Positions 36,190 through 46,644 of a stretch of DNA of 64,000 nucleotides are shown piece by piece. The notes beneath the pieces were generated by a model that was not told the origin of the DNA, searched no databases, and saw only the letters and a list, made by a program, of their open reading frames with translations. Origin of the DNA: a virus; the IMG/VR virus record IMGVR_UViG_3300028556_000001, positions 9,227 through 73,226 of that record; one strand, given 5' to 3'. Numbering within the stretch: position 1 is the first letter of the stretch; every line of letters begins with the position of its first letter. Position numbers and translations under genes: made by a program.

Positions 36190-36966
36190 ATGCCAATCAC
36201 CGTTCAAGACTGCCTCGCCAAGCTAGCCATCGGAACCAAAATTCCGAGCATCACCCTGACCGTCACCTACATCTCCTCTCTGCGCCACGGCACCGCCCGA
36301 GCCTCCGGCAAGGCATGGACGGCTCAAACGCTGCAAGCGGAAGACCAGACCGGGACAATCCAAGTGGATGTCTGGAACCACGCGGAGATTCCGCAGTTCG
36401 AGAAGGGGCAGAAATTCATCTTCACCGCCTGCAAGGTCAACTCCGGCACCGACCGCACCAAGCAGACAGTCAGGACTATCGAAGCCTCCCAGAACTCCGG
36501 CATCGTGCCATTCGACCCACAGAACGGCCAAGAACAGCCACAGGAGGCGTCGGAACCGTCAGGGCATGACCAGACACCCCCTCCGGCTTCCCGGCCTGCC
36601 CCAAGCCCAGCCAGACCCCCGGAAGCGCAGCCTACGCAGCCGGGCCGACCCATCCGTTCGTTCGCCGCCGCCAAGGTCGCCATCAACCGCGCCGCCAACC
36701 TCCTAGTTCTCTGCCATCGGGCCTCCGCCTACGTCGCCGACGAACTCAGTCAAGCCGCCCAAGGCGAGGACGCCCGCTCGCTCTTCATCCAGATGGCACG
36801 GGATGGCTGGCTCGACCAGATGCCGATAGGCAGGATGGAGAAGGACAAGTCCGAACCCCCGCAAAGCCCGGAATTGCGCCGGGAGCCGAAACCGGAACCT
36901 GAATCGCTCCGTCAACCTACATCCGGGCCGTCTCACATTGACCCTGACGAGGAGCCGCCTTTTTGA
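36190..36966 (+). CDS. ssb: Single-stranded DNA-binding protein (OB-fold)
   Basis: Beta-rich N-domain (WTAQTLQAEDQTGTIQVDVW), Pro-rich linker, acidic DPDEEPPF C-terminus. Confidence 0.75.
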   Translation: MPITVQDCLAKLAIGTKIPSITLTVTYISSLRHGTARASGKAWTAQTLQAEDQTGTIQVDVWNHAEIPQFEKGQKFIFTACKVNSGTDRTKQTVRTIEASQNSGIVPFDPQNGQEQPQEASEPSGHDQTPPPASRPAPSPARPPEAQPTQPGRPIRSFAAAKVAINRAANLLVLCHRASAYVADELSQAAQGEDARSLFIQMARDGWLDQMPIGRMEKDKSEPPQSPELRREPKPEPESLRQPTSGPSHIDPDEEPPF

Positions 36967-36977
36967 CCCATACCATC

Positions 36978-37172
36978 ATGCCAATCCCAACCCAATCTCC
37001 TGAGCCGCCCGTCGCGCCACTGAAAACGAAATACCTGCACGTCCGGGTAACGGCCCCAGACCGCGCCAAGTGGAAGAGACACGCACGGGCCTGCAAGTGG
37101 TCACTCTCTGAACTGGCGGTGAATACGCTGAACACGGCTTGCGATGGCCAGACTTTCCTGCCGAACAAATAA
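36978..37172 (+). CDS. Ribbon-helix-helix-like small regulator
   Basis: KYLHVRVTAPDRAKWKRHA....WSLSELAVNTLN. Confidence 0.6.
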   Translation: MPIPTQSPEPPVAPLKTKYLHVRVTAPDRAKWKRHARACKWSLSELAVNTLNTACDGQTFLPNK

Positions 37173-37176
37173 CGCC

Positions 37177-37983
37177 ATGTCGCTCAAACAAACGATTCAG
37201 GGGCATTGGTATCGGCTTGATGGCACAGCCGCCCACGACGCCACCCTGCGCGAGGCCCGCACCCAAAACCTCCTTCCATCTGTAACTACCGTTATTAAGC
37301 TCGTCGCGAATCAGGCCCTTGACGGCTACAAAATCAAGGAAGCCATCAAAGCCGCGTGGCGAATCCCCCGCTCCCCCGGAGAATCCGATGACGACTACGC
37401 CCAGAGAATCTTCGAGGACTCCAAGCAGCACTCCATTCAAGCCGCCGACGCCGGGACGGACATCCACGCCCAAATCGAAACCTACAACCAATCCGTGAAG
37501 GACGGGCAGCCCAAGATTCATTTCGACATGGCCTACGAGCACCTGTGTATGCCGTGGGTCACTCACGCCTCGGAGCACATTTCCCGCATCGTGGAGGCCG
37601 AGATGGTCTTGGCCGACGCGGATATGGGGGTGGCGGGCACGACTGACCTTGTTTGTATAGACAAACGCCACGGGCTGCTCTTGGCCGACTACAAGTCCTC
37701 GGAGGTCAAGCTGGACAAGCGGACGGGGAAGAAGCGGCCCGGCTTCTGGCCCTCTTACATCTGGCAACTCGCCACTTACGCCGAGCTCTACCGCCTGCGG
37801 GAGAAGCTGCCGGAGCCTCCCAGAGTGGCCTCCTACATCATAGACCGCTCCGAACCCGGCCTGTATGAGAAGGTCTGGTCGGTGGAGGAGCAGGCATGGG
37901 GGCTGGCGTTTATGAAGGGGCTGATTTACTGCTGGCAGGTGAACGCGAAGTATTCCCCGAAGAAGGTGGAGGCAACGACGTGA
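37177..37983 (+). CDS. PD-(D/E)xK (Cas4/RecB-like) exonuclease
   Basis: LPSVTTVI, GTDIHAQIE, E...AGTTDL, ADYKS, WQLATYA. Confidence 0.88.
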   Translation: MSLKQTIQGHWYRLDGTAAHDATLREARTQNLLPSVTTVIKLVANQALDGYKIKEAIKAAWRIPRSPGESDDDYAQRIFEDSKQHSIQAADAGTDIHAQIETYNQSVKDGQPKIHFDMAYEHLCMPWVTHASEHISRIVEAEMVLADADMGVAGTTDLVCIDKRHGLLLADYKSSEVKLDKRTGKKRPGFWPSYIWQLATYAELYRLREKLPEPPRVASYIIDRSEPGLYEKVWSVEEQAWGLAFMKGLIYCWQVNAKYSPKKVEATT

Positions 37984-37986
37984 TTC

Positions 37987-38352
37987 ATGTCCGCTACAAA
38001 CCTTGGGAGCGGTCGCTGTCGGGGATTTGAATTTATGGACTGTTCCTCAAACAAAGTAAGGTATCCCAATCGTAAGGTGGCACGGAGCTTTGGGCGGAAA
38101 TTAAGCGCAGCCTTCGGTAGTGAACAAACTCCTTATCACTGCCCGGAATGCGGGGAATGGCATCTCACGACGCTCAGATGGCGAAGAGAACAGGCAAAAA
38201 GAATGAGCAACGCTCGCCGCGATGAAACCCGCAGGAAGCAGTGTAAGAATTTAGCACCAGCCACCAAGACGATGCCTCTTTGGAGGGAACGTAAGCTACG
38301 GATAATGTTCGATGAGAATGGGAAGCCCGTGGAATTTCTCGACCGTATTTAA
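37987..38352 (+). CDS. Zinc-finger hypothetical protein
   Basis: K.RYP....A...PYHCPECGEWHLT. Confidence 0.65.
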   Translation: MSATNLGSGRCRGFEFMDCSSNKVRYPNRKVARSFGRKLSAAFGSEQTPYHCPECGEWHLTTLRWRREQAKRMSNARRDETRRKQCKNLAPATKTMPLWRERKLRIMFDENGKPVEFLDRI

Positions 38353-38353
38353 C

Positions 38354-38629
38354 ATGCACGCGGAACCCTACGATAACATCACGCGCTGGATAGTCACGAG
38401 CGAGGATGACGAGACCTGTGTTTACCTTTGTGACCTAGCTGAAGGTGATGCTGGAACCTGCACTTGTCTGGACTTCACGTGCAAGATAAACCCAGAGAAC
38501 AAGCTGAACGGCACGCGCCATCAGTGCAAGCATCTGAGGGCTGCCACCGATAAGGCCAGCCGCGCCCTCCTCCAAGCCGTAATCGAGCAGGCCAAGGCTA
38601 CGGACGGCCCACTGGAGTCCCAGACGTAA
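38354..38629 (+). CDS. SWIM-like zinc-finger protein
   Basis: CTCLDF...QCKHLRA. Confidence 0.7.
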   Translation: MHAEPYDNITRWIVTSEDDETCVYLCDLAEGDAGTCTCLDFTCKINPENKLNGTRHQCKHLRAATDKASRALLQAVIEQAKATDGPLESQT

Positions 38630-38933
38630 TGCCCCGACTCTGGCAATAGGCCCGGTTGAGCAAGTCCAAGCCTCTTTCCAAGTCGCGTCGGATGCGTGAG
38701 GAAGCCGCTTGGCAGGGCTGTGGCGAGGCGATGAAGGCTCTGGCTATGTCAGGGCTGCCCCAGAATAGTTCGTGGTCGGGAGTATCCCCGTAGTTGGGTT
38801 CGGTGGATGTGGTCATGGTTGGGTGGGTTTGGTGAAGAGGGAGATGCCCAGCCACAGGCACGTCACGCCAAAGACGATGACGGGCAGCGCGAGCAGGGCG
38901 GAAGAGAGGCAGGAGATTAGGAGGGTCATGGGG

Positions 38934-41900
38934 TTAAAACCAAAGTGAATCGTAGAGTTGTTTGCGGTCAGCTTTCAAAGATTCCAGCGCATCCTCCCTT
39001 GTTGGGCCTTCGCCTGAGCACTCACCCTCGGCAGGTGAACCAAAGATATTGCCGATTGGACAGGTCGCCCGCCAGATACCGCTAGGGAGTTGAGAAACCG
39101 TGGTATCGCCCATCTGCATTCCTATTTCAGAGCAGACAAACGCTTGAATCGGCTGAGGATTATCTTCCTGCTTACTCACGCGACCCCCGCTTTCATGCCG
39201 GAGGTTACGGGAACCAAGGGCCGGGACTCCAGCGCGTCCATCTCGGCGTCGGTGAGTTCCTTGGGCTGGGCGTGGTTGGCTTCTATCAGCGATGCCCAAG
39301 CGAGCATGTAGGAGATGACGTGGGCGGGGTTTGTGTAATTATATAACTTCACTTCCTTTAGGCCAATAATCTTCATAATTACCGGGTCGGCCAAAGCCTC
39401 CAGATTAGGGAAGTCCAATCCAGTCATTCCGGCATCCAGTAACTTCCGCATGAGTTCACTTATCTTGACCCCTGTTTGGGCACAGTAGTAGCCGCGTCTA
39501 GCCCAAGGCCCATTTCGACCTTTCTCAACCTTCGCGGCCTCGTGAAGCATGTTACTTTTGGTTATTAAATTCCAGACGCCATTCCTGTCGCAATTATGGA
39601 CATGCTGCGCGAGTATCCCGCAATTACAGGAGGCGGAACTGACCCATTTATAATCCCCCGGCCTGTCCTGAATATGCTTGGCGGCGGCGCGGAGGTGAAC
39701 GGCGAGAGACAGTGGCCTGTCGCCCGGATTGGCTGAGTAGTAGGAGGGTGGGTTCATGGTGTTTTAGTTAAAGATTGTTTCTTCAGACGAAGCTTGTTGA
39801 TTCTTTTTCGCAAAGCCTCTCGTCTGGCAATAAGTTTTGCATCTGGCCAAATTTCCAGCTTATATCGGTGGTAATCCCCATCATTAGTTCCGGGTTTGCT
39901 TAGATGAACATGCAGGATTTGAGGGAACTTATTGCAATAGCCCCTTTGCCCAAAGTTAGCGACCAAAGCCGCTTGATTTTTATTTACCCAGACTTTCACA
40001 ACACAACCTCCTCCAAAGCCTGCGCCAGCCGTTGCTCGTAATCCTGCTGGCACGCGGCTTGGGCTGATTTAAAATCGCTGGCGCGGGTTTCTCCAGCCAT
40101 CCCGTAAACAGTCCAAACCCAGCCATGGGGGGTTTTTAAAATCCAATACATGAAGCCGGTGTTAAATTCTCCAAGTTTGGGTTTAGACACGAAGAAAGAA
40201 CCCGATTTCGAGCCTTCCCACACCAGCGGCTTAATCCTGTAGGTTTTTGGGTTCATGGCCGGTTCCTCCAGATGAAGAGAACTACCCACATAGCTGCCGC
40301 AAGCGTAATTATGGAGACGCTTAACGTAAATGCTGCCGGGAAAATTAAATCTCCGTGGTGTGCTAGGGCGCGTAATAGGTTCATGGCTGTTCGCTTTCTG
40401 TGACGGTGACGAGGCCGGAGCGGAGGAGGATTGTAAGTAGTTCTTCTCTGTGTGCGTAAAGCTCCTGTGCAGTTACGAGCGACCGCCCGAGTTTGTGCTC
40501 GTCTTTTCCTTGAGCTTCCCATGCCTTGGCGCGACTTAGGAGTGTTTGGCACTCTCCCCACAGCGCATCGTAAGCCTCCGGCAGTGATGCGATAGCGACG
40601 CAGATACATTCGCAATTTGTGAAGGCCACCGGGGGAGCATCTTTATCTGCGCACTCAACTCGCTGAACATCGTATTTTCCGACCGTCCACGGCCCTTTCG
40701 GCAGCCGTTCCGGGTGATAGGTGTAGGTCTTGGTTTTCATGGCTTTGTGGGGTTGGAGAGGTGGCTGAAGATGATGCTCCTGATTTCATTTGTGAAACCG
40801 TAAATGTCATGTTTAAGGAGGAAGATATCTAGCTCCCTCGCCGCACCCTCCGCCGCCTTCTCCAGCGATGCGGCGTGCTCTTTATCAGCGTCGGCCAATC
40901 CCTTCTTGTAGTAAGCCATCAACTCCTTCGCGTGGCCTGTAATTTCATCTTGCAACTGAATAGTGCGTTCTGATTGCTGGTGAATAATTCCCTTGAGTCG
41001 CCCAATCTCCTCCTCGTGCTTCCGCTCCATGTGGGCGCGACAGGCGTCCCAGCCTTGCTTGGTGTAGATTGGCCTCATGCTTGAATCTGGCCCGAGGTGA
41101 AAGAACGCCTTCTCAAACGCCTCATCCTCGCTGGCCGGGGACGTGGGGGGTTGGGCCAAGTCAGGCTGCGTTAAGTCGGGTTGAGATAAATCAGGTTGAG
41201 TCAAATCGTCCGTCCCCGGCGCAGGGGGTTGGTTAAAGTAGTCCTTGTTCTTTGGGTCAGTTGCCTCAACCATCGAAGGGGACGCGGGGGGCGGCTTTCC
41301 CGCGAGCGCAACCTCAAGCTCTCGTGTATCTCTCGGCGGTAAGTCAGGAGGGAATCTTCCACTCAAAATAATGCGCTCCCGCGCAGGCTCGTCGTAGCGG
41401 GCGACCAGATTATGGGCGTCCTCAATTAGAGCTTTGCATGACCACTCTCCCGTTGACTGGATTACGTTTAGAACCTGCACGCAGCGCAATAACATCGAGC
41501 ACAACTTCCGCTCCCTCTCCGACAGCGGCTCCTTAGCGGGCGGCTGCTCGGCAAGTGTTAGGGCGGCAAAGATGGCCGCGTTCTTGTGTTCAGCTTCACT
41601 GGTTTCAAAGCTCTCCGCAAATGATGGCCATGGGTAAACAGATTGTAACGCCTCATACAGCGGCCTAAGTGCCGCCGGATTCAGCGCGGGCGGGGTGGGT
41701 AGTGTAGGTTGATTCATAGCGTTATCTCCTTAATCCGTTGCAGTTTAATCCGGTTGGTGGCCGCTTCAAGCATCAGTTGTTGCACGCGCTGGGGGAGCGA
41801 GCCTTTGCCGTAGTCGCCAAGTTCCAGCCTGAGGTCTTTGACTAGCTGGCGGTAGAGCTTCGCAAAGTGGCACTGGGACTCCCGCGCCTTGACGCAGGGG

Positions 41901-42927
41901 GGTTTGCGCCTGCTCTTGACTCCAGCGGGCCAGTCGGGGGATGGGGTGGTCATTTGCGGCTGCGTTTCTTGGGGATGAGATTCAGCGATTCGAGCACGGC
42001 GCGGGACTTTGGCTTGTAACGCTCAAAATCACAAACGCCGTTGCCAACAAAATTCCATGCCTTATTTCTAGCGCGCCCCCAGTCGTCGTCGAACCAATAC
42101 AGTGCGTTAGCCGTCATCTTGCGATACCAGACGCGCCAGAGGACTTGTCCCTTCACCGCGTATTCCGGGTTTAAAACTCGAATCCCGTCAATACGCACAG
42201 GCCGCAGGGCACGAATCGGTTTGGTCTTGGGTGTAGGCATCGGGTTAGGCGTTGTATGTTTTAGGGAACCAGACCTTGAGCCACTTGCGCAGGTCGGAGG
42301 TGTTTTTAAAAGTCCCCGTGGCGACATCAACTTTATATTGGCAGAACGCAGCGCGAATGTCTCCAGCGTCGTCTCGCCAAACCGTTATGGCCCCGTTATC
42401 GTTGGCCCCGGAGACTGCGCGGGTTTTGCGTATCGCATTCAAAAAGGCCGTTACGCTATTGGCGCGTGCGGCCTTGACCATCGGGGCTTTTACGCCCGCT
42501 AGTCCCTTTAGTGTGTCAGGTGTTTTCATAGTGCAAATTCCTAGGCCAGAGGTTCGCGGGCGCGGGCGAGGAATCTTTGAGCGTTGCTTAGGGCCGCATG
42601 ATAGCGTCGGTTTTTTTTGCCCGGTAGAAAGTCCGTTGTTTTGTAGGAAGTATCCATAACAGCAACGGCTGATGTAAGTTCACCCAGCGCGGCCAAAAGC
42701 TCCTCCCGCTCGTTCACGCAGCGCAGGATGTGGGCTAGATTTCCTGCCCGTGTTTCATCGCCACAAACGGGGTCAACGCCATCGTTTAAGTCTAGGACTT
42801 TTGCTAAGTAGGCGGTGCCGCAAGACGTGAAGATATAGCCGCAGGTGCATGGGTCACTTGACCCTTTGCAATACTTCCACGGCGTAGGCGAATGCCCCGC
42901 CGCGCTGGCTGGTGTGGTGGTTTTCAT
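38934..42927 (-). other. Operon of small hypothetical early genes (incl. 39176-39757, 39754-39999, 39996-40256, 40381-40740, 40737-41717, 41714-41953, 41950-42240, 42245-42529, 42541-42927)
   Basis: Chain of ATGA/GTGA-coupled ORFs; 42541-42927 has HSPTPW...AGNLAHILRCVN, typical of phage accessory genes; promoter-like TTGCGT-16-TAGAGT upstream. Confidence 0.7.
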
Positions 42928-43185
42928 GGTGTCGGTGGGCTGGGTGTCTGCTGTGCTTGGTTTGTTTCATGCCCTCACTCTACTCTCTTTGTGTTCACAC
43001 GCAAGTCCCAACACGCAATTTTTTCACTTCACAGCCCAGCTAATGCCAAGACCACACAGGATAAGTTCCGCTAATACCAAATTCAATCCCTGTCTCTGTG
43101 TTGACATCCCGGCTAGACCATGCTTTGTTACCTGCGTTCAACATGAACAACCGACCCGCCGGACTGCGGGAATGAAAGGCACAGG

Positions 43186-43521
43186 ATGAAAATACATCAC
43201 ACACCAGAGAGCGCATGTAAGGTCGTGCGCGTCATGTTCGCCGGGAAAATCGCCGCCACTTGGCCGGAGTATTTCCAGCAGCAACAGGAAACCTTCCGCC
43301 TTCCTCCCACCTCGCGGGCATTGTCCGGAACTTGGTTGAACAGTCTAAAGGCTTTGATTCTCGTCCGAGAACAATGCAACGGGATTAAACGGGCCGGAGC
43401 CAAGCCGCGCAAAATTCAATACACTGACGAGGAAATTATGGCAGCAATCGGGAAAATCATTCCCGAGCTTTTCGCGGAGTATTGGGAGGCCATCAACACT
43501 AAGGAGTTTTCCAATGTCTAA
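43186..43521 (+). CDS. Hypothetical protein
   Basis: AAAGG SD and hairpin leader; first gene of a rightward operon. Confidence 0.65.
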   Translation: MKIHHTPESACKVVRVMFAGKIAATWPEYFQQQQETFRLPPTSRALSGTWLNSLKALILVREQCNGIKRAGAKPRKIQYTDEEIMAAIGKIIPELFAEYWEAINTKEFSNV

Positions 43522-43704
43522 CTCCCTGCCAACCCCACCCACCAGCACGCCCGCCAAGATAGCTACTAAATCCCGCATGGGGATGCTACCTAATGGCATT
43601 GTCCGGCAGCGGCTTTACTTCGCCTTCATTGATGGCGACCAAGCGAGCAATGCACACCCAACACGAGCCAAGGCAATAGCCGAAGCCCGCAAACGCTATA
43701 ACGC

Positions 43705-44133
43705 ATGAGCACCCAAACCACCGCCAAGCCGTCTAGGATGCTCCCAAGTGTGCCGCAAGCATCCGACCCTATGGAGATTGTCAATAAGGCGGTAAACCGC
43801 GCACGGAGGCATCTAGCAAAGCCCCTGAAGCACTGGGAGGGGGTGACTAGCCTTCCCCTGCGTGACGCCTCCCAAGTCATTACGCCAGCCTCCTATAACC
43901 AATGCCTGCCAGAAGTGGAAAAGAAGTCCACCATCCACTTCACCGTCCCGCGCTCGACTAAGACGCGATGGGTGAAGGCGGCGAGGGGGAGACGGCTGGA
44001 GGATTGGATTGTGGACATCATCACCCATGCCGTTGACTGCACGGATGCGCTGAATGGGAATTTTAAAAAGGATGCCATCCGCTTCCCCAAGGAAATGAAC
44101 TGGCCGCCACGGGTAACGAGGATAGACCCATGA
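43705..44133 (+). CDS. Protein with RHH-like C-terminal domain
   Basis: STIHFTVPRSTKTRWVKAARGRRLEDWIVDII. Confidence 0.55.
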   Translation: MSTQTTAKPSRMLPSVPQASDPMEIVNKAVNRARRHLAKPLKHWEGVTSLPLRDASQVITPASYNQCLPEVEKKSTIHFTVPRSTKTRWVKAARGRRLEDWIVDIITHAVDCTDALNGNFKKDAIRFPKEMNWPPRVTRIDP

Positions 44134-44453
44134 CCCCCCAACTCCTCGACGCCGTGAGATGCCTGCACGGCCTGTGCCGCCAGCGTGATGGCACGATTAC
44201 CGTCAGCCTCATGGACTGGCAGAGGCTACAACGCTGCCTGACTGCGCTGGATTCGCCCAAGGCACTCCCCGCCCTCACCGACAAGCAGTCACGAGTTGTT
44301 CACCTCATTTCCCAAAGCATGACGAGCAAGGCCATTGCGGGAATCTTGGGGGTCTCCATCAAGACGGTGGAGAAGCACCGGCAGGCGGCGATGGACAAGC
44401 TGGGAATCCATGACGTGGCGGGATTAACGCGGTGGGTGTTGACAAATCAGTGA
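44130..44453 (+). CDS. LuxR/NarL-type HTH regulator (no receiver domain)
   Basis: LTDKQSRVVHLI....SKAIAGILGVSIKTVEKHRQAAMDKLGIHDVAGLTRW. Confidence 0.88.
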   Translation: MTPQLLDAVRCLHGLCRQRDGTITVSLMDWQRLQRCLTALDSPKALPALTDKQSRVVHLISQSMTSKAIAGILGVSIKTVEKHRQAAMDKLGIHDVAGLTRWVLTNQ

Positions 44454-44592
44454 AGCTGGGTGAGGTTAGGGAATGAAATCGGCACTGCCTCACTTTGACC
44501 GCTGCCCCCTCTGGCACGATGCCAGACGGCTCCCGGTCGGGGAGCAAGGGGACGCTGGTTAAGATGATTGTCGCCTGAGCTTAGAGAGTGGG

Positions 44593-45120
44593 TTACTTGT
44601 CCTCCGGTTTGGATTGTTGCGTCGGGGGTGGTGGCGTGTCTATGGGCTTCCATTTCGAAAAAGCCAACCCCAGAAGTCGAACGGGACATAAACCGACGAC
44701 TTTTAGCAGTGCTAGCATCGCCCTCGGTTCGGTATATGGAGGCATTAGGAATGCTAGACGCAAAAAAATTATCATACCCGCGCTCGCAGAGATGCAAAAT
44801 GCCACTCCTGTGGCGATGCCGAAGTGGAAGAATATACAAACGCAAGCGATTACGAAAACTAGCTGAAAGAAAAAGTAATCACATGCCCCCTCCCGTGAGT
44901 AATGCGGACGAAGCCCCAAGAGGATAAAAAACGGGATGCCAAACGCGAAAATAAAGAGGGCGACGGTAGGTGGAATGTCCAGCTTTTCGAGTGGGAGCAT
45001 TTGAACGACAACAACAATCGAAGTCCCGGCCATAATGCGGCTATTTTGAGACATTGCGCGGAGGGCATTTAGAGCCTTGAGGGCCTCAAGTGCTTCCGCC
45101 TTCTCCGCATCTTCCATCAC
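44593..45120 (-). CDS. Multi-pass membrane protein (E4 cargo)
   Basis: Four to five hydrophobic segments; start overlaps the transposase remnant stop. Confidence 0.65.
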   Translation of the reverse strand: MMEDAEKAEALEALKALNALRAMSQNSRIMAGTSIVVVVQMLPLEKLDIPPTVALFIFAFGIPFFILLGLRPHYSREGACDYFFFQLVFVIACVCIFFHFGIATGVAFCISASAGMIIFLRLAFLMPPYTEPRAMLALLKVVGLCPVRLLGLAFSKWKPIDTPPPPTQQSKPEDK

Positions 45121-45221
45121 GCCGCTTTAGCTGCGCCCTTGGCGTCTAGCAACCCGATAACGTCACTCAATTCCCAAACTGTCTTAGAGATTCCCGCAGC
45201 CATTGCCGGGGTGCAACGAAG
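45117..45221 (-). pseudogene. C-terminal remnant of an IS1-family transposase
   Basis: LRCTPAMAAGISKTVWELSDVIGLLDAKGAAKAA*. Confidence 0.85.
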
Positions 45222-45326
45222 GGAGGCAGGAAAGGCGGGAAGGCTCGGGCGGCTGCGCTGACGCCGGAGAGACGCAGGGAGATAGCGAGGATGGGCGGGA
45301 AGGCTGGAGGGAGAGGGCGGAAGTGA
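45222..45326 (+). pseudogene. C-terminal remnant of a KGG-motif small basic protein
   Basis: GGRKGGKARAAALTPERRREIARMGGKAGGRGRK*, abutting the transposase remnant back-to-back. Confidence 0.7.
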
Positions 45327-45721
45327 AACCAGATTATCCGCAACCCGACTTTCGGGAAGACATCCGAGCTTGGTATGCCGGGAGCAAGGGAGCGGATTTA
45401 TCATCCGAAAAGCAGCGGACGGCGTTGCGGGTATTGCTGGCCGTTAAGTATCCTGACGAGGACACCACAAACCTACGGGCTGATTGCATCCTGCACGTGC
45501 GGCAATACGTGCGGAGTCAGCCGCCCGTTGCGCCGCTCGGGCTTCTGCAAAAAGCAGACGGCCCATTGATTTTCCCCATGACCGAAAGTGTAGCGGTTGC
45601 ATTGCATGACCTCGTTGAAAGAGGCATGTCTGTGCCCACTTTGCTAGGGATGGTGAAATTCGTGGCAGAAATCGAAGGGCGAACAGGCAGGAATCCCGCA
45701 CCAGAACATCCCCAAGGGTAA
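45323..45721 (+). CDS. Hypothetical protein (E4 cargo)
   Basis: GTG start overlapping the KGG remnant stop (GTGA). Confidence 0.55.
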   Translation: MKPDYPQPDFREDIRAWYAGSKGADLSSEKQRTALRVLLAVKYPDEDTTNLRADCILHVRQYVRSQPPVAPLGLLQKADGPLIFPMTESVAVALHDLVERGMSVPTLLGMVKFVAEIEGRTGRNPAPEHPQG

Positions 45722-45956
45722 TCGGCTTATCGTCTTCGTCCGCCATCCCCACACCTTAAACTGAGGCAGTGCCGAATGTCAACCCTCAGACGATGTTTCC
45801 AGCATGAGCGACCGTAATACTCCGCATAAGTCAGGCTAATAGGATGGAAGGGGATGAAGATGGGGCTTGCGGTTGTGTTCACAATGGAGGATTGTGCGGG
45901 CATCCGAAACGGATGACCGACCCGGCGGAACCGGGAATGCAAGGAGAGAAAAGACC

Positions 45957-46451
45957 ATGAACACACAGACACAAAGCAAATTGCCGACTTCGATTCTGAC
46001 GAAGAACCAAGTTAAGACCTTTGGCCCTAAATTCTACCGCGAAGGCGGGTGCGACTACCGAATCACCGCGAAGGTCCGTTATGACGACCAGTGCGGGAAC
46101 GGTCATAATTCCTTCGGCATTACTGCGGAGATTGACCGCAAGGAGCGCGGTAGCTGGCGCGACGATAGCTGTGGATGCTGTCACGATGAAGTTGCCAAGC
46201 ACTTCCCCGAGCTCGCGCCCTTCCTTAAATGGCACCTGACTTCTTCCGATGGTCCCATGCACTACGTCGCAAATACGGAACACTGGGTGAGCGAGCGCAA
46301 CATGAAGCACGCTCGTTCGACTGCCGTCTGGCCGGAAGCTACCGATGAGGAGCTTTGCACATTGGATTTAAGGGAGGTCTTACTAGCTCGCCTTCCCGCT
46401 CTCATGGCGGAATTTAAGACGGCCATGGAATCGCTGGGATTCACCTACTAA
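45957..46451 (+). CDS. Conserved-looking hypothetical early protein
   Basis: AAGGAG SD; YDDQCGNGHNSFGITAEI...CGCCHDEVAKHFPELAPFLKWHL...GPMHYVAN. Confidence 0.75.
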   Translation: MNTQTQSKLPTSILTKNQVKTFGPKFYREGGCDYRITAKVRYDDQCGNGHNSFGITAEIDRKERGSWRDDSCGCCHDEVAKHFPELAPFLKWHLTSSDGPMHYVANTEHWVSERNMKHARSTAVWPEATDEELCTLDLREVLLARLPALMAEFKTAMESLGFTY

Positions 46452-46476
46452 CCCAGCCAATCCGCCCGCAGGTTCT

Positions 46477-46514
46477 ACCCGCTCAGGCTTCACGGTCTGG
46501 CGGGTTTTTCTTTT
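46477..46514 (+). terminator. Intrinsic terminator
   Basis: ACCCGC-TCAGGC..GTCTG-GCGGGT followed by TTTTCTTTT. Confidence 0.65.
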
Positions 46515-46644
46515 GGGCGGATTCTAGGGGCTGAAAATAAATGCAAATAGTGTGTTGACAAGCGGAGGGAGATAGGCTTTTGTGAACACACTCAAAACGA
46601 GTAACCGGCTGGGGTTATCCAGCAAAGAAAGGACGAGATAGAAC

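Larger units (their letters stand above)
44481..45773. mobile_element. Non-autonomous IS1-like cargo element E4
   Basis: TIRs GGCACTGCCTCACTTTGA (44481-44498) and GGCACTGCCTCAGTTTAA (complement of 45756-45773), 16/18; transposase C-terminal remnant; no clear TSD. Confidence 0.85.

Noticed and set aside
37177-37983. Cas4 of a CRISPR system
   Set aside because: No Fe-S cysteine set, array or cas1; SSB-adjacent context fits a phage recombination exonuclease
43134-43148. Canonical SOS box
   Set aside because: GTTC and GAACA half-sites are separated by 5 nt, not 4, and the left half deviates
44471-45783. TSD for E4
   Set aside because: Flanks GAATGAAATC and GAATGTCAAC share only a GAATG start; not a convincing duplication
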